The position numbers and the translations under genes were made by a program. The notes under the pieces are model-generated. The model did not search any database and had not been told where the DNA came from. It saw nothing but the letters and a program-made list of their open reading frames with translations. A stretch of DNA of 10,603 bases from Verrucomicrobiota bacterium (GTDB lineage Bacteria; Verrucomicrobiota; Verrucomicrobiia; Limisphaerales; CANJSG01): assembly GCA_038209745.1 (NCBI GenBank), contig JBBQXJ010000113.1, forward strand, positions 1 through 10,603, read 5' to 3'. Shown here one piece after another: positions 1 through 6,643 of the stretch (position 1 is its first letter; each line of letters opens with the position of its first letter).

Positions 1-719
1 ATTTCCGTGGCGAACTTCGCCATCTCCCGGACCCCCCGGACACACGGCGCCACCGCGCCCACGACATTCCGGTTCCTTGAAAGCAGCTTATACATGTCGC
101 CGATCCGATGGGTCACGGCGTCGTCGTCATGGATCAGGATCGGCGCATCGAAGCTGGGATCACCCGCTTTCTTCCGCCGCTGGATCTCCTGAAGGGCCAT
201 GTTCCGAGCGTAGCCGGCGGTGCGGGTGAAATCGTTGCCCCTGATTTTCGGCGCATCGACCCGGATGCACTCCGGGGCCGACCGACCGTTCGCTTCCGCC
301 TGTGCGGCCAGGCTCGTGAAGTAACCCCATAACCGGGACCGCTGCGGTTCGCTCATCCCGTTGTCCGCGACCACGATCTTGAAGTTGTTCCGCGCGCGCT
401 CGGGCATCGCGGCGCGCTGGTGCTCCAACGCCAGCAGGAGGTGGTGGATCGTGTTGATCCGGGCAAACGGATCAAACAGAGGTTTGCCGTCGTTATAGGT
501 CGCGACGACCACGATCATCCCCTCCTGGAAGGTGCGGACGGGCGGCGGCCCATCGTCCAGGAACGGGGTGCGGGCACGCATCAATGTCTCCAAGAGAGCC
601 TTCTGCCGGAGCTTCTGCCGCTCCGCCGCGCTCTTCTCGCTCGGAACGTTGTCCCGTATCCGTTCCACCACGGGTTCGAAACTGCTCTGGCTTTGCGTAT
701 CGTTTATTGCGTTTAGCAT
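1..719 (-). CDS. GT-A fold glycosyltransferase, family 2-like (5' part; runs off left edge of window)
   Basis: Manual translation from the ATG at 719-717 (frame open from 827 to the window edge): MLNAINDTQSQSSFEPVVERIRDN...EGMIVVVATYNDGK...NFKIVVADNGMSEPQ...TAGYARNMALQEIQ...APILIHDDDAVTHRIGDMYKLL...VVGAVAP. The VVVATYN, IVVADNG, AGYARN and DxD (HDDD) motifs appear in canonical GT2 order. Absent from the ORF track because no stop lies inside the window. Exact start uncertain. Confidence 0.85.
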   Translation of the reverse strand, partial: MLNAINDTQSQSSFEPVVERIRDNVPSEKSAAERQKLRQKALLETLMRARTPFLDDGPPPVRTFQEGMIVVVATYNDGKPLFDPFARINTIHHLLLALEHQRAAMPERARNNFKIVVADNGMSEPQRSRLWGYFTSLAAQAEANGRSAPECIRVDAPKIRGNDFTRTAGYARNMALQEIQRRKKAGDPSFDAPILIHDDDAVTHRIGDMYKLLSRNRNVVGAVAPCVRGVREMAKFATE

Positions 720-932
720 CGTTCTGAGTTCTGCATTTGCCGTCAGGAACCTGATCCATTCCCCATGGGAATCTCCTTCTGGTCGATCTCGGCGTCTTCT
801 GCATTTTGAGAGAAAAAACGCCCATCCTCAATCGCGGAGCGATAGTTTGGACGCTGTGAACCGTGCTTCGCCGGAAGGCGCCATCAAGAACCACTGCCCC
901 GGGCTTCCCCGGTGCTGACCCACTCGCCATCC

Positions 933-1949
933 ATGTCCGGATCCAGTCCCAAAAAAGAGACATCCAACGAGCAACCGCTCGATGCGCTCCTCGCGGCGGG
1001 CGCAGCTCGGAAATGCTCCGATGGCCTGCTCGTGCGCTCCCCGAAGACATCCGAAGTGCTCTTGATCTACGCGCTCACCGACCTCGACGGCACGGCAAAC
1101 GACGAGCATGCCCCAGAAAGCAGCCGCCTATCAACCATACTTCCTGCCAGCAATGCGTTCTCTCGCCTGAAGGAGTCGGGAATCATCACCGGAATCTGCA
1201 CCGCACGCAGTCTCGGCGAAGCCCGCCACTACCAGCAGCACCTGAACGTCTCGGGCCCTCTCATCGCTGAAAACGGAGCCGTGGTCCACTTCCCGGACGG
1301 CTCACAAAAGGTGTTCGGAAGTCTGGCCCAGCTCAAAGCAGTTGCCGACTGGGCCAGCAGCCATCTTGGAAGAGAGATCCCGAACAGCATCGAATATCCG
1401 AGCCTCGAAGAAGCCTGGGAAAAGGAACAGCGCGGCGAAACCGCGGCCTTGCTCGGGCACACCGACAAGGAGTCGCTGCGCCGGTCGGCGGATCGAGTGG
1501 CGTCGTGTTTTCTCGTCGGACTCAGCGCGCCGGAAAAAGAAGCGGTCGCTGCGCATGCCAGCGAGCAGGGCATCTTCTGCTTCGGGCACCTGCTTCATCT
1601 CATTCCCGCCGGCGCCAGCAAGGGCGTGGCCCTCAAGGCGCTGAACGACCACCTCATGGAACGAACGCCGGACCATGGCCTTCGCCCGGACCGGGTCGCT
1701 TTGATTGTATTTGGCAACGGCGAAAACGACATCTCCCTCTTCGAGCAAGCGTTGAAGGCCGGAGGCGCCGCCGTGCTGGTGGGCGACGCGACGTCCCCCG
1801 GCGGATTCCATTTCGACACGTCGATGCATCCCGTCCCCGCCGGCACGATCGCCATGCGCGGCGTGTCCCACGGAGACGGAATTCTCCAGAGCCTCCCGCT
1901 GCTGAAAGACTTCTTCGCGCGGGAATACGGCATCCTCTTCCAGTGGTGA
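933..1949 (+). CDS. HAD-superfamily subfamily IIB phosphatase (mannosyl/glucosyl-3-phosphoglycerate phosphatase / Cof-like)
   Basis: Motif I ALTDLDGT, motif II GICTARS, PLIAENGAVV (typical of HAD-IIB), motif III SKGVALKAL, motif IV VFGNGEND. ATG at 933 preferred over the track's GTG at 912. Substrate not determinable from sequence. Confidence 0.8.
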   Translation: MSGSSPKKETSNEQPLDALLAAGAARKCSDGLLVRSPKTSEVLLIYALTDLDGTANDEHAPESSRLSTILPASNAFSRLKESGIITGICTARSLGEARHYQQHLNVSGPLIAENGAVVHFPDGSQKVFGSLAQLKAVADWASSHLGREIPNSIEYPSLEEAWEKEQRGETAALLGHTDKESLRRSADRVASCFLVGLSAPEKEAVAAHASEQGIFCFGHLLHLIPAGASKGVALKALNDHLMERTPDHGLRPDRVALIVFGNGENDISLFEQALKAGGAAVLVGDATSPGGFHFDTSMHPVPAGTIAMRGVSHGDGILQSLPLLKDFFAREYGILFQW

Positions 1950-2019
1950 TTTCGTCCAGGTCTCCGCTCTCGCACACCAGCGCTTGATCGACCGTTCCAG
2001 ACACGTAAGTCCGTCCACC

Positions 2020-2597
2020 ATCCCAGGACGTCCTCCGGGCCATGCACCTCGTCGAGGTGCGTCCCGATCTTCACGGAACCCATCTGCCGCGCCATCGCTT
2101 GCGACGCCACATTCTCCGGGCTGATCGAGAGCAAGAAGCGCCGCGCTCCGTGCCCAACTTCAGCCCAGCGCATCAGTCCCCGAGCAGCCTCGGATGCGAT
2201 CCCCGGTCGCCGGAACTCACGAAAGACGGTGTAGCCGAACTCGACCGCGCCCGGTGAAAAAGGTTCCAGGCAGGCCGGACCCGGCGCGGTGTGAAACCCG
2301 ATCTGCCCGACCACCTGGCGGGACTCCCGCAGAACGATGGCCCGCAAAAGCCAGGGCACCCGACCCGGATCCTCGCGAAGCTGTCCCAGGCGACAGCGGA
2401 ACGTTTCCGGATACGCCGGCCAAAACTCGGGCAGTCGCCCATCGAATTCGCTCTCCACCTCCGGTCGTCGACCCTCCAGCGAGGCCGTCGATCACCCGGC
2501 CGTCGAGCGCCACGATATCGATTCGCCCGGTTGCGATGATCCACCTGGCTGGTGGGTTTTCGGAGACCGTTCTCACCCCGTCACGCGACGTCGCCAT
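2020..2597 (-). pseudogene. Frameshifted RimJ/RimL-type GNAT N-acetyltransferase
   Basis: The N-terminal part (..IIATGRIDIVALDGRVI, resembling 'I.T.RL.L.PL') is in the frame starting at ATG 2597. The GNAT core (ASLEGRRPEVESEF..LPEFWP..VVGQIGFH..VEFGYTVFREFRRPGIASEAARGLMRWA..LSISPENVASQAMARQMG..HGPEDVL) is in another frame, blocked upstream by TGA at 2494-2492. No stop at the expected C-terminus; the frame reads on into the HAD gene. The 3' boundary is approximate. Confidence 0.7.
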
Positions 2598-2726
2598 TCG
2601 GCTGGGTGGACCGGGTCTCCCAAGAAACCGGCCCTTCGGGACAAAAAGTCCGGTGCCGCCCGGAGGGACCTTCCGCTGAATTCAAACTTGCCGCCGGGCG
2701 TCCGCTCCAACCAACTACCACCCACG

Positions 2727-3818
2727 ATGACCACCACGCCCCCTTCCGGGATCGACCGCCGTTCATTTCTCAAACTGGCCGCCGTCGGGGCCGCCGCCGT
2801 TTCCCTCGCCCCGTCGCTGACCGCCGCCGAGCCGGTCCGTCGCCGCGGCATCAAGCTCGGTCTGGACAACTTCTCCGTGCGCGGCATGAAGTGGAAGGCC
2901 GACGCGCTCATCGACTACGCAGTCAAGCTCAGGACCGATTCCCTCTTCATCACGGACCTCGACGCGTTCGAGAGCTTCGATGAACCCTATCTTGTCGGCC
3001 TCCGCAAGAAAGCCGCCGATCAAGGACTCCAGATCCACCTCGGCACCTGGAGCATCTGCCCGACCTCCAAGGCCTTCAAAAAGAACTGGGGCACCGCCGA
3101 AGAGCACCTCGCCCTCGCCATCCGGGTCGCCAAGGCGCTCGGATCCCCCGTCGCGCGCGCCGTCCTCGGCACCGGCGATGATCGCAAGACCCCCGGCGGC
3201 ATCCACGCCCGCATCGCCGACACCGTCAAGGTCTGTAAGGCCTGCCGCAGCCAAGCCGTGGACGCCGGCATCAAGATCGCCATCGAAAACCACGCCGGCG
3301 ACATGCAGGCCCGGGAACTGGTGACGCTGGTCGAAGCCGCCGGCAAAGACTACGTGGCGGTAAACCTCGATTCCGGCAACGCCGTCTGGACGATCGAAGA
3401 CCCCATCACCAGCCTCGAGATCCTGGCTCCTTATGTCGCGACGACCAGCCTCCGCGATTCCTCGATCTGGACCACGCCCGACGGTTGCGCGATGCAATGG
3501 GTTGCGATGGGCGAAGGAGTCGTCGACCTGATCGCCTATTTCGACGCCTTCGAAAAGCTCTGCCCCGGGATCCCGGTCCACATCGAGACCATCGGCGGAT
3601 TCAATCGCGACCTGCCCTTTCTCAAGCCCGAATTCATGGCTCTCTGGCCCGACTACTCCGCGATCGAATTCGCCAAGTTCGTGGCCCTAACCCGCAAGGG
3701 AAAACCCCTGCAGGCCGGCCGCGGCTCCTTCGCCACCGACCAGGAGTTCCAGCGCGACCAGATCGAACGCAGCCTCGTCTATTGCAAGGAAACGCTCGGA
3801 CTGGGCCTGAAAGCCTAG
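2727..3818 (+). CDS. Tat-exported sugar phosphate isomerase/epimerase family protein (xylose isomerase-like / AP endonuclease 2 TIM barrel)
   Basis: ATG at 2727 is followed by a twin-arginine signal (IDRRSFLKLAAVGAAAVSLAPSLTAA). TIM-barrel motifs IKIAIENH, VNLDSGN, LRDS, MGEGVVD, VHIETI. Strong C/G third-position bias starts near here. Confidence 0.85.
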   Translation: MTTTPPSGIDRRSFLKLAAVGAAAVSLAPSLTAAEPVRRRGIKLGLDNFSVRGMKWKADALIDYAVKLRTDSLFITDLDAFESFDEPYLVGLRKKAADQGLQIHLGTWSICPTSKAFKKNWGTAEEHLALAIRVAKALGSPVARAVLGTGDDRKTPGGIHARIADTVKVCKACRSQAVDAGIKIAIENHAGDMQARELVTLVEAAGKDYVAVNLDSGNAVWTIEDPITSLEILAPYVATTSLRDSSIWTTPDGCAMQWVAMGEGVVDLIAYFDAFEKLCPGIPVHIETIGGFNRDLPFLKPEFMALWPDYSAIEFAKFVALTRKGKPLQAGRGSFATDQEFQRDQIERSLVYCKETLGLGLKA

Positions 3819-3930
3819 TCAACCGATGGAACGCTCCCCCACCATTCCACTTAAAACAAAACAGGCATTTTGACGGAGAATCCCTCCGCCCAGGTCGCCT
3901 GAACATCCTCCGATCCTACTGGCCCACTCC

Positions 3931-5364
3931 ATGAAAACTCCCGGCTGTCTCCTCCTCGGCGCCTCGCTCGTCCTCTCCAGCATCGGCTCCTATTCGACGG
4001 TCGCCGCCGAAACCTCCCCGAAGGAGATCCGTTCCTTCGACTTCGGCGGCGGCAAATACCACGGCAGTATCGACACCACCAAGGCCCCGGACCTGACCGA
4101 ATGGTCCGAGAAGAATTTGGCCCCCGTCGTGCGCGAGTGGTATCCGAAGCTCGTCGCATTGCTGCCCAGCAAGGGCTTCACGCCCTACACGAACATCACC
4201 CTCCGTTTCCGCGACGACATGGGCGGCACCCCCGCCTCCGCCAGCGGAGACTCCATCAACTGCAACGCCGGATGGTTCCGCAAGGAACTCGAAGGTGAAG
4301 CCGTCGGCTCCGTCGTCCACGAGATGGTCCACGTCGTCCAGCGCTACGGCGGCAACCGCCGCGACAATCCAAAGGCCACCCGCGTCCCCGGCTGGCTCAC
4401 CGAAGGCATCCCCGACTACATCCGCTGGTTCCTCTACGAGCCCGAATCGCGCGGCGCCGAGATCACCCGCCAAAACGTCGAGAAGGCCCGCTACGACTCC
4501 AGCTACCGCGTCACCGGCAACTTCCTCGACTGGGCCGTCCGCACCAAAGACAAGGACCTGGTCCAAAAGCTCAACGCCGCCGCCCGCCAAGGCGACTACA
4601 GCGATGCCGTCTGGAAGGACGCCACCGGCAAGACCTCCGAAGAACTCGGTGCCGAGTGGAAGAAGTCGAACGAAGACCGGATCGCCAAGCTCGTGACCGC
4701 ACAGCGCGAGACGGGCGTCAACACCCTGACCGACGACGAGAAGAAAGCCGGCTGGAAGCTCCTCTTCAACGGCGAGTCCTTCAACGGCTGGCACAACTAC
4801 CGGATGAAGGGCGTCCAGCCCGGCTGGCAGATCGAGGACGGCACCATCGCCTGTATCGACCCCCACCGCGCCGGCGACCTCAGCACCGACGGCGAATACG
4901 GCGCCTTCGAGCTCGAACTCGACTACAACATCTCCGAAGGCGGCAACTCCGGCATCATGTTCCACGTCGTGCCCAAGGAAGGCGCCGCCTGGGCCACCGG
5001 GCCTGAAATCCAGCTGGAAGACAACGCCAAGGCCGCCGACCCGCAGCGCTGCGGCTGGCTCTACGCCCTCTACCAACCCCCGATCGATCCCAAGACCGGC
5101 AAGACCCTCGACGCCACCAAGCCCGCCGGCGAATGGAACCACGTCCGCGTCGTCATCTCCCCCGAGAAGTGCGAGCACATCATCAATGGCGTGAAATACT
5201 TCGACTACGTGATGGGCAGCGACGACTTCAAGGCCCGCGTCGCCAAGAGCAAGTTCGGCAAGATGCCCAACTTCGCGAAGTTCGACCGAGGCGCCATCGT
5301 CCTCCAGGGCGACCACGGCAAAGTCGCCTTCCGCAACGTCAAGGTCCGCCCATTGGAAAAGTAG
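3931..5364 (+). CDS. Secreted fusion protein: BSP (basic secretory protein / peptidase of plants and bacteria) domain + DUF1080 (3-keto-disaccharide hydrolase family) domain
   Basis: Sec-type signal peptide (MKTPGCLLLGASLVLSSIGSYSTVAA). BSP-like region with VVHEMVHVVQRY (HExxH at 4318-4332), GWLTEGIPDYIRW and YDSSYRVTGNFL. From ~4720, DUF1080 hallmarks: NTLTDDEKKAGWKLLFNG, FELELDY..GGNSGI, GPEIQLED, GEWNHVRV, GAIVLQGDHGKVAFRNVKVRPL. Confidence 0.85.
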   Translation: MKTPGCLLLGASLVLSSIGSYSTVAAETSPKEIRSFDFGGGKYHGSIDTTKAPDLTEWSEKNLAPVVREWYPKLVALLPSKGFTPYTNITLRFRDDMGGTPASASGDSINCNAGWFRKELEGEAVGSVVHEMVHVVQRYGGNRRDNPKATRVPGWLTEGIPDYIRWFLYEPESRGAEITRQNVEKARYDSSYRVTGNFLDWAVRTKDKDLVQKLNAAARQGDYSDAVWKDATGKTSEELGAEWKKSNEDRIAKLVTAQRETGVNTLTDDEKKAGWKLLFNGESFNGWHNYRMKGVQPGWQIEDGTIACIDPHRAGDLSTDGEYGAFELELDYNISEGGNSGIMFHVVPKEGAAWATGPEIQLEDNAKAADPQRCGWLYALYQPPIDPKTGKTLDATKPAGEWNHVRVVISPEKCEHIINGVKYFDYVMGSDDFKARVAKSKFGKMPNFAKFDRGAIVLQGDHGKVAFRNVKVRPLEK

Positions 5365-5391
5365 TCCTTCAATCAACCCGTCGCTCGAACG

Positions 5392-5424
5392 AAACGCCCC
5401 GAAGGTCATTCCCCGGGGCGTTTT
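5392..5424 (+). terminator. Rho-independent terminator after BSP-DUF1080 gene
   Basis: AAACGCCCCG (5392-5401) pairs perfectly with CGGGGCGTTT (5414-5423) around a 12-nt loop, ending in TTTT, 27 nt after the stop codon. Confidence 0.75.
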
Positions 5425-5432
5425 CCATTCAA

Positions 5433-5605
5433 GGCGGCGCTGCGTTGCCGCGCAGCCCAAACATCCGACGAAATCCAGCGCAGCGCGGTTTCCGCGACCC
5501 CGTGGCGGAGAAGCACCCGAAAGTGGGGCGATGGCTCCCGCCAAGCCGCCGGATGATTTGCTGACGACGGGACAGGTGCTCTGGCAACTCCGGCACGTTC
5601 CCTAC
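5433..5605. repeat. Cluster of degenerate REP-like palindromes
   Basis: 5433-5458 GGCGGCGCTGCGTTGCCGCGCAGCCC matches 7549-7574 at 21/26. 5523-5548 GTGGGGCGATGGCTCCCGCCAAGCCG matches 7361-7386 at 24/26. 5569-5605 is an imperfect hairpin ending in CCCTAC (GTAGGG head on the minus strand). Confidence 0.7.
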
Positions 5606-5653
5606 TGGCCCACGGAACCTGCCTGAACGTCGCCTTCCTTTACAGCGGTCTCC

Positions 5654-6349
5654 CTACCTCATCGACGCCTCTTTCGACGACTCCCGCTTCGCGTCCTGCT
5701 TCACCGCGTCCATCGGATCCGTCGCCTCCAACACCGGCTTCAACACCTTCCAGACATTCTCCGCCACGATGCGGTGCCCAGCGAGATTCGGATGGATCAT
5801 GTCCGGCTGGTTCAGCGCCGGATCGCCACCCACGCCCTCCAGTAGAAAAGGAATCAAAGCCGCCTCGTTGTCCTTGGCCACGTCCTGGAAGACCGCCCGG
5901 AACTCGTCCGTGTATTCCGTGCCCATGTTCTTCGGCATCTCCATCCCCGCGACCACGATCTTCGCCTTCGGATAACGCGCCTTCGTCTTGCGGATGATCG
6001 TCTGGAGATTCGTCCGCGTGGATCCCGGATCGATCCCGCGCAACCCGTCGTTCCCGCCCAGTTCCAGCACCAGCACGCTGATCGGCCGACGTAGGATCCA
6101 GTCGATCCGCCGCGATCCGCCCGACGTCGTGTCGCCGCTCACGCCGGCATTGACCATGATGAACGGCAGCTTCGCCTCCCGGATCTTCCCGTCGAGCAAC
6201 GCCACAAACCCCTGCTCCGGATCCACCCCATACCCCGCGCCCAAGCTGTCCCCCAGCACCACGACATTGCCGACCCCATTGGTTCCCTCCGCCGCGCCCA
6301 GCCGCACTCCGCCGAGCAGCAGCACCACAACCAGAAACATCAAACGCAT
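5654..6349 (-). CDS. tesA: GDSL/SGNH arylesterase / acyl-CoA thioesterase I (TesA-like), with signal peptide
   Basis: Block I VVLGDSLGAGYG, block II NAGVSGDTTSGG, block III LELGGNDGLRG, block V QPDMIHPNLAGH. Signal peptide MRLMFLVVVLLLGGVRLGAA from ATG 6349. Divergent from the ybbA/ybbP-type ABC genes, as in E. coli. Confidence 0.9.
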   Translation of the reverse strand: MRLMFLVVVLLLGGVRLGAAEGTNGVGNVVVLGDSLGAGYGVDPEQGFVALLDGKIREAKLPFIMVNAGVSGDTTSGGSRRIDWILRRPISVLVLELGGNDGLRGIDPGSTRTNLQTIIRKTKARYPKAKIVVAGMEMPKNMGTEYTDEFRAVFQDVAKDNEAALIPFLLEGVGGDPALNQPDMIHPNLAGHRIVAENVWKVLKPVLEATDPMDAVKQDAKRESSKEASMR

Positions 6350-6398
6350 GGTTGGCAGGATAGGAGATGGCAACACTCCGTGCAAATCGGCCCGCTCT

Positions 6399-6514
6399 GT
6401 AGGCCCGGTCCCCTGACCACGCGTTCCCGCACGTAGCCGCAGAGGTGACGAGGCGGATCAAGTGGCTCGTGCGCGACGACGAGTATTACCGGCGAACTCC
6501 CGTTCGCCGCTACG
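6399..6514. repeat. GTAG-headed REP-like elements in the tesA/ybbA intergenic region
   Basis: GTAGGCCCGGTCCCCTGACC at 6399; GTAGCCGCAGAGGTGACGAGGCGG at 6433 (CCGC..GCGG arms); perfect hairpin CGGCGAAC-TCCC-GTTCGCCG (6490-6509) followed by CTAC, i.e. a GTAG head on the minus strand. Confidence 0.65.
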
Positions 6515-6643
6515 GGCCGGCAGCTTCACCAACGCGACAGCGACTTGGTCTGCGGCGCTGCCGCGCCGATTTCTCGTCCTCTTTACTGACATGCCACTGC
6601 CTCCGGTTTGACTCGCTGCCGTCCTCCGGCAGAGTCTCGCGCG

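Noticed and set aside
7..1270. Short ORFs at 7-192, 108-332, 420-716, 493-1050, 532-918, 828-1109, 863-1270
   Set aside because: They overlap the motif-bearing GT2 (minus) and HAD (plus) genes and have no independent support.
933..1949. Assigning gene symbol mpgP/yedP/gpgP
   Set aside because: Family-level motifs only; the sequence is divergent and substrate specificity cannot be read from it.
1595..2019. C-terminal half of the 287-aa minus-strand ORF as a real GNAT fusion domain
   Set aside because: It is read-through mostly antisense to the HAD gene, with no domain character.
2337..2726. 130-aa N-terminal extension of the TIM-barrel ORF in the track (493 aa)
   Set aside because: Low-complexity, antisense to the GNAT remnant, and it would bury the Tat signal. 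ATG 2727 is the plausible start.
3870..3900. TTGACG as -35 box for the BSP-DUF1080 gene
   Set aside because: No credible -10 at 16-18 nt spacing.
3916..5544. 542-aa minus-strand ORF
   Set aside because: Codon-register antisense shadow of the GC3-biased BSP-DUF1080 gene; no motifs.
6608..6636. Sigma70-like promoter for ybbA (TTGACT at 6608-6613)
   Set aside because: Good -35 but only a weak -10 (CAGAGT at 16-nt spacing); insufficient without TSS data.
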